From the NCBI GenBank assembly GCA_030141605.1, contig JAQGDQ010000288.1:231859-295858 (forward strand): a stretch of DNA of 64,000 nucleotides. Reading direction: 5' to 3'. The notes beneath the pieces are model-generated. The model ran no database searches and had not been told where the DNA came from. It saw only the letters and a list, made by a program, of their open reading frames with translations. This document shows positions 32,501 through 43,298 of the stretch, one piece after another; position 1 is the stretch's first letter, and every line of letters begins with the position of its first letter. This DNA comes from Tubiluchus corallicola (lineage: Eukaryota > Animalia > Priapulida). A program made the translations under genes and the position numbers.

Positions 32501-35500
32501 TTGTTTTAAGCCTGCTCTAATTCTGTCAACTTATTCAACTGATATAACAACTTTGAATAATTCATAGCCACTCATAAATATATAAGAAGAAGATTAGTAT
32601 TTGCTTCATCTGTGAAGTCCACCGAAAAAAGCTGCAGAGGCGGAAGATTAATTATAGAAGAAAAACATTTTGGTACTTTATGCAGACTAATTACAAAGTC
32701 AATAAAATTCTCTTCCTTATTTACCTTGCTTCGGATGGTGATAGCAATTGTAGGTTTCTGTTCGACTCCGAAATTTGTTTACAGATTTAATGAAAAACAC
32801 GATGATTTTTCATATCCTACCCCATTTTGAAGTATGGTAAAAAGTGTGCATTTTAACACCAATAACAATAACAATAAACAATGCCGACGCATTTTTGGTA
32901 ATCAAATAATAGATTAAAAAGTTAGTCAACGGCGGGCGACCCCAAATACTGATGACATCGCAAACAAACAGTGTTACTATACAAGAGAGTGCAAATACTA
33001 TACTATGCAGCGTGATATACAAAAACTCCGAAAAATTTTTATTTGAAATTCGAATTTCAAGTTTACCGCTGTAGAGGTCTCGAACGTATGCGCTACATCA
33101 CAACCGAACACCTTTGAACTGAGAGGTACAGCTCTTGTTTTTGTGCAACACATTTCCCAGATGCTGGCGCTGGTATCTATCTAATTAACGAATGGCAAAA
33201 TGCATGTACAGCGAAAGTGAGAGAAGAACCAGCTGCGCGAACATGAAATTAACAGTCAGTGGTAAAAATAATTCTTTCATCGTATTAATAGTTTACTGTT
33301 CGACAACTGAGGCTTATAACATGGTTTTTGTGTAAATAGATTTATACATATTTCGTTATTATGTGTGTTACCTCATAAAAAGCTAAACTATGTAAACAGA
33401 AAAAGATTCGATTCTTATTATTTATGACTGAGTCATAAATAATGCTACTACTTAATGCTACTAATACTGCAAGTGGATAAATGCTAACATGAGCGCACTA
33501 CTGCTGTAGTCTATACAGATTTCATACAAAATAATAGGAAAATGTTTGCTAACTTTGATCGTTTTTAACAATATTTTGCTTTTATTGCTTTCACAAGGCA
33601 TTGCACTTCAGTCCTTGAAACCTACTATTCCATAATTTGACCTTGAAACAACCTTGAAGATTTGGTTAAATGTCATAATGTTGCCGTCACCGAATTCGCT
33701 ATCTTTGACTACCTAGTAGTTATTGCATTACATTTCAATGAAATTGGAACTTGTCACTTTTTAATCCATGTATGGCCCGTGGGCTTTGTTGTCAACTGAT
33801 TTCTTGTCATCTTATGCCATCTCACCGAAGTCTTTCATTTGATGTGCTACAAGATACTGAACTTGACACTTTCTGACCCGAGTAACCTGACTTTGAGTCC
33901 CTTCACCGGATATTGACCTTGCAAATTTGGTGACCCTAGGCAGCCCGGTTTAGGAGTTAGTCAATGTCGTAGTACACGTAGAATAAAGAAAAAATAAACT
34001 CTTTGTAAATAAGGAGATTCTGCAAAATTTTGAAGAGTCTTAATTAGTAAAACGTACCACCACCATTATCAAAAGCTAAGTATGGAAATCTCCAAACGTT
34101 ACCAATTCCAACTGACAAACCAATGCAAGACAGTAAGAACTCCCACCTGGAACCCCAAGTGCCTCTGTTATCTTCTTCGTGCTCATCATCTGCGTCTACA
34201 ATCTGTTAGAAAAAATCTGAATTGTTAGAGACGCGTTACACGTCTGCGCAGTTTCTCCCGATACTTATTATTGGATGTATTAGACCTATAAACGATTTTA
34301 TTCTACTTTAAGTCGGAAATTTTTACATATTATATGTTCAAAATTTTTGTGAGAGCCATGTGAATCCAAAAATTTTACGTTATAACATATTGTTAAACAT
34401 TTCTGAAGGACATCCCTTAACATTACTTGGTCATTTTTTCATGCACATTGTTGAGACGCTGACTGTGCTATAAGACGTATAAACGCTCCCGTAATGCTGG
34501 TGATTATATTTTGGACTGGGGAGTGGACTGAGACTCTTGTTACAAGAATTATTGAACACGGAGGAACTGACGTGTCACACTTTTACTAACGCTATTAGTA
34601 CAAGTAATTGCGCGTTCAGACTAAAGAGTCCTCTCGCAAGTTCTCTCTGAGAGTAAACTTGTAAGTGTGAACGGCTTTGCAAGTTCTCTCGCAGGTTATT
34701 GCAAACTCTGCTGCGAGTGTATACTTGCGCAAGAACTTCCAAATTTACTCTCAGAATGAAACTGCAAGAACTTGCGAGAGAAAATTCTCTAATCTGAACT
34801 CGCCGTAACACCTAATGTCACTTTTTAGTTTATGAATTTATTTACCTAATAGACTTTCTTGTCAAATTACGCTCGTAAATTAGCAGTAGAAAGAAAAACC
34901 ATTGTGCAATCACTCGTACTGCTTTAGCGCCATGTTTAATCAATTGTGAATGCACATCTAAGATAAGGGAACCTTAATGTATACCGTAAATGGAGGCGGT
35001 GCTTCTGGAAGACCCTGATCCGGACTGTGACGTTTGTAAGACAATGTCCTTACATCCTGAAAATGAGAAGTTACAGATGCATTGAAGAAACTGATTGTTG
35101 TAAACACAGAACATCTCAACTTTATATTTATAAATTCAACTCCTTTGGCAATAATTATTAGCGACTAGAAACTCAATTATCTAGGAAGTCAATAATTACT
35201 TACACTTGTTGTCAAACTTAAGTTTTGTTTCTTCAGTATGTTGTCAGTTTTTAACAAAATTATGATAAAAACAATGTTTACTCGAATTCTGACATTTTAA
35301 CGTTTCCCTTTTCACTACACTAATTCTTAGTAAATGTATTAAATTTTTTTATCATTTCTTTGTATTTCAATTTATACAGTAAAATATATATAAACATTAC
35401 TATCACTTACATAACGCTTTCTAACTACCAATTACATATTATTAATAAATATTTTTCACTACTAATTAAGGTGTCTAAAATAGTCTCGCGCTATTTGTAA

Positions 35501-35985
35501 ATTTGTAATATCAACTTTATATAAGTAGAAATTACATTAGATTTCATGTGTAAAAGTATACGTTTGTTTTGCGGAATAAAAATACTACTATATATTTTAC
35601 ATTCAGTAACTATAATTATAAGCATTTGCAGCTATCACGTTCGACGATTGTTAGTTAGAAAAACATATCTGCCGTTTCACATGCTAAAATAACAAGATTG
35701 TATGATTCGTACAGAGTTGACAATAGCTAGTAAATGTTTATTGTTCACAAGTTCTAGTAATCGTTTTCTTACAGTAACAGGCTTTCCTATAAAGGTGCGA
35801 AAAATGTGGCATTAACATTATAATGTAATAATTATTAATAATTTATTTTAAATTGTAAATGTACTTCTAGTCTACACGACACGTACTGAATATTTATAAT
35901 AATTATTTAACCATACTCTACTGTAAAAATCTGTAAAAAAATTAAAAACATAACTAAGACTTACCGATTCTTTCGATGGCGACAT
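20555..35985 (-). CDS. SLC6 (NSS) Na+(/Cl-)-dependent amino-acid transporter, NAT/glycine-transporter-like, about 647 aa
   Basis: 13 GT-AG exons: 35965-35985, 34985-35056, 34058-34202 ([31 protein letters not shown]), 31818-31949 ([14 protein letters not shown]), 29838-30093 ([15 protein letters not shown]), 29042-29213 (KGIKSSGK), 27831-27965 ([10 protein letters not shown]), 26737-26968 ([11 protein letters not shown]), 26073-26185 ([18 protein letters not shown]), 25182-25310, 23488-23688, 21633-21800, 20555-20722. Total 1944 nt, in frame. Confidence 0.95.
21915..22010 (+). repeat. Degenerate tRNA-derived repeat head
   Basis: AAGTTCAAATT B-box-like motif followed by AATTTATCAGCGCCTTTCTCC, similar to the tail of the elements at 42685 and 46345. 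Confidence 0.3.
22393..22507. mobile_element. Small TIR element with central telomere-like (TTAGGG) repeats
   Basis: AGTTTACAATTCCCC..CACAA ... TTGTGTGGGGAATTGTAAACT inverted arms; centre GATTAGAGTTAGGGTTAGGGTTGGGGTTAGGG. Confidence 0.6.
28340..28870 (+). repeat. Interspersed repeat, copy 1 (inverted relative to 32780-33290)
   Basis: Colinear reverse-complement blocks, e.g. TACATGCATTTCGCCATTCG, GTGTTCGGTTGTGA, TTTTTGTATATCA, ACTTTTTACCGTACTTCAAAATGGG. Confidence 0.75.
31160..31345 (-). mobile_element. Degenerate non-LTR retrotransposon reverse-transcriptase fragment
   Basis: Translation [49 protein letters not shown] resembles the LINE RT pattern LSPxLFN...GC..G...VN.L.YADDL.LLS with DDL deleted. 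Confidence 0.7.
32075..32347. repeat. Minisatellite, about 70-bp unit x about 4
   Basis: Repeated ATACTGCAGNTGGATAGA(T/G)GGTAACA(T/G)GAGTGCAC..AAACTTAAGATC..CAATG; one extra partial unit near 33461-33500. Confidence 0.85.
32780..33290 (-). repeat. Interspersed repeat, copy 2 (inverted relative to 28340-28870)
   Basis: CCCATTTTGAAGTATGGTAAAAAGT, TGATATACAAAAA, TCACAACCGAACAC and CGAATGGCAAAATGCATGTA are near-exact reverse complements of copy 1 blocks. Confidence 0.75.
34609..34806. mobile_element. Harbinger-like MITE
   Basis: Imperfect TIRs GCGCGTTCAGACTAAAGAG..CTCTCGCAAG / CTTGCGAGAG..CTCTAATCTGAACTCGC, TAA on both flanks, internal CTCGCAAG subrepeats. Confidence 0.6.
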
Positions 35986-36356
35986 TGTGAACAAAATTTA
36001 AAACCAAGAATCTTGCATGACCATTATAAAAATATTCAACTTAGATCTGAATCAAACTGGCATTTTGCAAAAGCCTAGTTCATGACTTCTAACAGTATAG
36101 TATCTGTTCTCTGTGGAATACATTAACTTTATAGTTACTATGTTTAACTTTATTTATTACTACCATATAAAAAAACGTTTTCTTGTCGCACCCATGACGA
36201 AATTTTCTTATCAGTGAAAGTAAATCATCCGTTGACAAGTCAGTGTATGATATTGTATGTATAATACTAGTATGCAGCCTAATACAAAGTCTTGCATTTT
36301 GCCTGGTCGAAATAATTCCTGCCCCGTTTTCCTTGGCTTCCAGTGACATTTTGGAA

Positions 36357-36830
36357 GGCCAGTGGCCTAGCGGTATGGCACTCGGCTGCAGAACAGGGGT
36401 TCCAGGTTCAACTCCCAACTATGTCGGGCTTTTTCGAGCCACGCTCTACTCGCACAGGATTTTAGCTGCCATCCTAGGCCTACTTGAACGTAATTGAGTT
36501 CCTGGTCATGTACCAGACCCGTTACACCAGGAAAAGAAAGGTGCCTAGAAATGGGTACCGCATGTAATCCTTGTATGCTGAGGCAAGGACCTCTATAAGT
36601 AAAGTATACTTATAGTTATAGTTACAGTTACAGTTATAGTTACAGTTGCAGTTACAGTTACAGTTACAGTTACAGTTACAGTTATAGTTACAGTTGTAGT
36701 TGCAGTTACAGTTGTAGTTGTAATTGTAGTTACAATTACAGTTATAGTTATATTGTAACTTTAGTTATAGAGGTCCTTGGCTGAAGCTACGAAAATAGAC
36801 GCCGTATCCATCTAACGCCAGAGGGAATTT
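36357..36830 (+). mobile_element. tRNA-derived SINE (interrupted by a MITE)
   Basis: A box TGGCCTAGCGG (36363), anticodon-arm-like CTCGGCTGCAGAACAGG, B box GGTTCAACTCC (36405), then non-tRNA body; no intact acceptor stem. Confidence 0.7.
36584..36779. mobile_element. P-superfamily-like MITE filled with (GTTACA/GTTATA)n
   Basis: 22-bp TIRs CAAGGACCTCTATAAGTAAAGT / ACTTTAGTTATAGAGGTCCTTG (1 mismatch); 7-bp flanks GCTGAGG / GCTGAAG. Confidence 0.75.
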
Positions 36831-36879
36831 TCTTCTGCTTCTTTTTCAATCACATAGTTACGCATTTTAGACGAAATGG

Positions 36880-37350
<471 letters not shown>

Positions 37351-38041
37351 GTTGTTTTGCTCATAAGCCAAGAATGCTATTCAGTAGAACGCTATTCTTT
37401 TGTAGTTATAGTCATAACAAGTTACAGTTATAGTGTCCAAAACAAAAACATAAGAAACAGAGAGAACTGGTGACGTTAATAAATAAACTAGCCAAATCCC
37501 GCATAATCGAAACAGTATAGTAGTAGTAATAATAAAAATTTTATTTATTGTCGAATTCTATAAAAGACAACATTAACCTACGTCAGTATTCCGACAGGTT
37601 AAAAAAATAAAACAAAATAAAAAATCTAATACAATACACACAATGTTCGAGATAGCTCGCTTTTATAATACTCTACAGAGCTGCCATCTGTGAACTGACA
37701 AACGTTGTTACACGCATGCATTTACGATCAACAATGCGCGAATAGTGTCAACGGTGAGTAAAACACAGGAATTGATTGTGTCTTATTCACTTTTAAAATT
37801 GTAATTTCTAATCAGTCGAATATAGGTGATGAAGGTTAGAATCACATTTTCGGTACAGTATTGAGCTTGTGGAGAAATCTCTGTGATTCAAAGAGTTTAT
37901 GACTTCGTGTTTTCATTTTTTACAAAAATGGTTTCCATGGCAATGTAAAATAGGAAAGCAATTCAAGTAGTGAGATCTGGGGTGTAGGTATTCTAAATGC
38001 TCCGCGAGAATGGTGATAAGGTGTGGAAACGACAGACAGGG

Positions 38042-38210
<169 letters not shown>

Positions 38211-38431
38211 TCGGGAGCAGAGAACTTTCTTCAGTGTCTCTTTCAGTTAGGCACTTAGGCTAATTGCTGTAAGCAGGTTATCAGGTGATGTATTTCTTAA
38301 TGTGTTCTGCATACGATAAGAAAGATACAGAGGCTTGTAAGTACATTCAACCTATAGTGATATGTCACTACTAGCGGATAGGTGGCCCGGGTTAATTTTT
38401 TGCTAACAGCGTTAGAATTCCTCTGTCAGTT

Positions 38432-38509
38432 GAGCCAGCAGCTCAAATGGTAGAGCACCTGCCGTGTTTACAAGCAGGAAGTTCTGGTCTCGAATACTGG
38501 TTGGTTCAC
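38432..38509 (+). pseudogene. tRNA-like sequence (tRNA pseudogene or SINE head)
   Basis: GAGCCAG..AGCTCAAATGGTAGAGC..CCTGC/GCAGG anticodon stem with an oversized loop..GGTCTCGAATAC..TTGGTTCA; the acceptor stem can pair but the loops are aberrant. Confidence 0.6.
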
Positions 38510-39143
38510 AACTTTTCAGTACCCCTCCTTCAAGAAAGAAGAAAAGGCATCGGAAATAAAGGAGGCAGAGAGGACACAGACACAAAATGCATGGGTTAGT
38601 AATGCTAACAACGGCAACTCAGTCGAATATGGTAATAGTTTTAATAGTTATATATGTATATATAATATGGTAATAGGTGTACGATATAAAAATGCCAACA
38701 CTTGCCATGTAATGTATCATTTTTTGCATGTTACTCAAACTGATGTCACGCACAAAAGTACATATTTTACATCTGTTATAGATGCCACATATCTACAATT
38801 CGTCCACTAAATTTCTACCTATTTATTATTTGTCGTTATACATACAAACTACAATAAACAATTTTCGACTAATAAAGACAATTGTTATTTAATATTGACA
38901 TGCTAAGCTAAAATGTGTAAAAAGATTATAATATTAAAAACTTAGACGCGTTTATTAACACTGGTACTTAAAATCTTATTTAAAAATATAAACTCTTGAC
39001 TTTGATAGATGTCCATCATATTTAATTCTTCACTATATACCGTATCATGTAAAATTACGAGATGCAGCCACATGTCACTATTTACAATGGAATGTTTGCA
39101 TGTGTGGTCACAGCAGGTGCTTTACCACAAATCTTGGTAACGC

Positions 39144-39172
39144 CGGGCCTTGTTGGTATATGGATGGGTGAC
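39144..39172 (+). pseudogene. Degenerate 5S rRNA-derived fragment (SINE3-like head relic)
   Basis: CGGGCCTTGTTGGTATATGGATGGGTGAC vs 5S internal control region CGGGCCTGGTTAGTACTTGGATGGGAGAC (24/29). Confidence 0.45.
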
Positions 39173-39546
39173 TTCTAACTAAACTGCTTGCGGGCTATTC
39201 TCCATACTGATTCCGACTTCGATAATAAAATAGCAGCAACCAGTAGTAGCCTTGCCGTTGAAGACTGGATGTAGCTTATTATACAATGTACAAAATGCTT
39301 CAAGTGAGCAAAGTATAGTGGACATTTTAGTCGTACTTTGTTAGTTATTTTGCAGCTAATCTGCAACTAAAAGTCAACTGGTGTATTCAAAGCAAAAATT
39401 AATGGTGTCAGAACACAACACAAGGTACTTCGTGATTGTTAAAAATGAAGTAGATGTCGCCTGGTACAAATCAATTTATTAATACTAAATTCAAGACATA
39501 AAAAGAACTCGTTTTTATGCCCATGTTTATAGTTGTTTGTAGTTTT

Positions 39547-39688
39547 GGTGATATTTGTAGTAAACGAACAGCACGTAGAACAAGATTTCAACAAGAATAA
39601 TTATAGTTGCTTAAAGGTAGCCTAACTGTGGATCTTCAACTATAAGAGCTACCACTAAATAAATGATGATGATTAACGCGATGTACGC
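39547..39688 (-). pseudogene. Duplicated SLC7 exon-11 relic downstream of the copy A stop codon
   Basis: High similarity to 40644-40780 and 51663-51794, with TAT changed to a TAA stop at 39611-39613. Confidence 0.85.
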
Positions 39689-39722
39689 CTGTTACGAACT
39701 ATAAATTACGATGTTCTTGTCT

Positions 39723-42078
39723 TCATGTTATACGTGTTCCAGGATCTTGAGGGACGACCTCAAAAAACAACTGACACCATGTTGTTACAGAATCTAAAAG
39801 AAGAAAAGACGTATGATAGACCACGCTGTATATTTATTACTAATCGTAAAATTTTAAGTAACAACAAAAAGTTTGCATCGACAGAAAGAAAAAAAATCAC
39901 TGCCTTTTTAAAGTTATAGTACTTAAGTTATTTATTACTAAAGTCCTACTTTATTATTATAAACGTTTATAAATTGCTGCAAAAATAATGTCTTAGTGAA
40001 CAAGCTGATGGTATTCAACTGGATGCTTGTTTTTCTCAACTGGTGAGGCCAAGTGAATATCATAGAAATGAGGCGAAAGCAATTAATTAGCAAAATGTAA
40101 TGACGGTGGTTTTGTCTATCACACCAACAAAAAACATCATTTCATTAAACCAATCTCTTGCAAACAGCAAACACTTAGACGAAGGTAATTTTCGCCACAC
40201 ATCGCTTTTATAGTCAGTGTTATGATGATATTCTAGGCGAAAAGCAGCATACTAGTGGACAGAGCTACCTTCCTAGTATATTAAAAAGAAATATTTTTGG
40301 AAATTTGCATGGCTTAAGTAGTATTCGAAGTTTCATTATCAACAGCATTCAAAGAACTCGATCTCCAAACCAATATCAACAATAACGGGTCACTTTTTTG
40401 CATATTTTTGCCTAGGTCACGGGGTCGTTGAACCCAAAATAACTGAATAATCTGATGGTGGGACTCGGCTGATACAGTTCCATCTCTACTAGCTATCCTA
40501 TCACATAGCCAAACTGAAAACAAATCATGCTTCCTGCAAGTTAACTAGTTCCTACATTGCATGAATTATAATTCTATAATGAACTGTAATTCTGGTCAAA
40601 CGAGAAAGCCAACAAAAAACTGCACACGTACCCATACACCGGAGGTGATATTTGTAGTAAACAAACGGCACGTAGAACAAGATTCCAGCAAGAATAATTA
40701 TAGTTGCATAAAGGTAGCCTAACTGTGGATCTTCAACTATAGGAGCCACCACTAGGTAAATACTGATGATTAAGACGATGAAAGGTATTACAATTGGTAC
40801 CTACAAAATATAATCACTGTTACGTATTCAAGTGAGCTTAGTAGTATGATTCGTTTCTGTCTACATCACATAGCTGTGGTCTATTAGATTTAAATCAGTA
40901 GTGAGATAGGCCTTACTACTATTACTATAGTGGCAGTGTCCATGCATACACATATTGTAATGGCAGTGTGCAAAATCTGTAAAAGATTAAAATGCTCTGT
41001 AAAAGATTATTATTTTAAAAATGCTCTTTATTATGAGACCAATCAAGCTTATTATCTAACAGCTAACAACTATTAGACCTAACGTGGCATTTTGCTTAGA
41101 AATACTGTCATATCAGACTAAAAAAATTTATGATTCGAATCTTAAACTAAGCTCTAATTTTCAACCTGTTCAACCTATTCAGATATGTTAAAAGACCTTT
41201 CCCTCTGATCCATAATACTAATAAAAATGACATGACTAATGTTACTTTTTGACTGTCTTATACTTTTTATTAAGCTAGTTGGGGCCAACCTATTTGACTG
41301 TATAACCACTTGCCACCCGTTATCCACAATAATTGCTTTTTTCTGCATACTAAACACCAAGTGCAACAAGTACTACATTTATCATTGTATTAAATGTTTA
41401 CAATCTAAAACTGTGAAACTAAAAGGAGATAAATAAAATGATCTTAATCTTAACCTTAACCATATTGCGTTTGAAACTTACTTTTATGGGGCGTTTAGCA
41501 TCAGCTTTGGTCCATCGCATGACGATTAAAGCCACCATTGTCACACCGTAAAACACCCAAGAAGAAAAACTGAAGAAATCTATGAGACTTTCAATGTTTC
41601 CAGGTATGATCATCAATATAGCTATGATTGCCTGAAAACACACTAATCAATCAGAAATGGCCTAACTAATGTCAAAATTAATTCCCTTGTAGTTTTCAAA
41701 TTAATACTGAAACAAGTATTACAACTACATTACTTAAGTCTGCCTTACCTGGAATATCAATGCAGGTGAGGGTGTGAGATAATTAATTGATATGTAAGAA
41801 AGGAGAGATATTAAGTGACCTTCTCTTGCAGCAACAAAACACAACCTGAATGCAAAATAATCATTACAGTAACTATAATTATATCATAACATATTAGTAT
41901 CTAATCAAAAGTACAGTACTATGTACGGATGTACAGAAAACTTTGCAAACAGTAATAATGTAAAATCCATAACTAACGAAAGCATCAGTAATCAAATCGA
42001 CGTCTTGTGTATATTGTATATACCTATATATCTGTAGAGGCAATTAAAATTAAAAAACATAATTTGAGAGAGAGAGGC

Positions 42079-42160
<82 letters not shown>

Positions 42161-43221
42161 GGGAAGAGAGAACGTGCTTCAGTGTCAATACGTACCGTCC
42201 CGCACCAAATGTACTTCCATTAGCTGCTCCAAACGTAGAAAAGGCAACCGAAACTGGTATAATCCACGACATAACGCCCAGCATCGAGTCACCCCATGTC
42301 TGAAAATTACAAATTTAGACCTAGTTATTTTCCCCAGTCATAAGTTATGATAATATAGCATCTTACCTGGTTTGTCACAAGTTCGCATTTTGAAAAACAG
42401 CATTACGTTGCTCTGTATGTAGCGTATAGTATCTAGAAAGCTGTACTGATAATAGATATGCCACTTATTACTCCTATAATTGTCTTTATCGTATAATTTG
42501 CTTTGTTAGTCGCAAAAAATACTGCAATGTTCTCAGTCAAAACTTAGCAAGCCTTGCACACACTGAATAGTAAAACAATATCTTGTTGTCATTAATTAAT
42601 TATGACTGTGATTGCAAGAATTTGTGTAAGCCATTGCGGTTTATTTTACCAATACAGTATTGCCCATTGGGGGTAATGAGCTGTAGAAAGGAGACGCTAA
42701 AAATTATGCACTAGTCGGGATTTGAACCCGAGACCTAGGATTAGTGCTCCCATGCTACTTGAGCTACCAGCCAACACGAGACAGAGCAGGCCTGGGATTT
42801 GACCATTGCGGTGCTTATCTTGTTGTGCTTATAAATTGTGGTCACTTGCTGGCTTCAAGAAGTTGCAGGCTGACCGAAGAAATGAATACCAAAAAAATCT
42901 TAAGAAACATGTTAAAAAATAATTAATGTTGCTGACACTCTTTCGTCTGAAAACTGTGTCTAATTTAGTAAATGGAAAAAGATTGTAAAATGCCAAGAAT
43001 ACACCCCTGAACACAAAAGGCCAAAAAGAAAGCATCTAAAGTATCTAAATGGAATGACACAATGATACCTACCACTGCTACTGCCGGTGATGCAAAAAGT
43101 TGTTCTTTGGTCATCACAGTAAAATACGAGACGTTGGTGGCAACGTATACTAGTGTCACTAGTGGTATTCCAATTATGAGAGCCCTGGGTATGTTTCTGT
43201 ATTAAACAAAAATTATTATTG

Positions 43222-43298
<77 letters not shown>

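Noticed and set aside
36357-36430. tRNA-Cys(GCA) gene
   Set aside because: Acceptor stem is not intact and the sequence continues into a SINE-like body; treated as a SINE head
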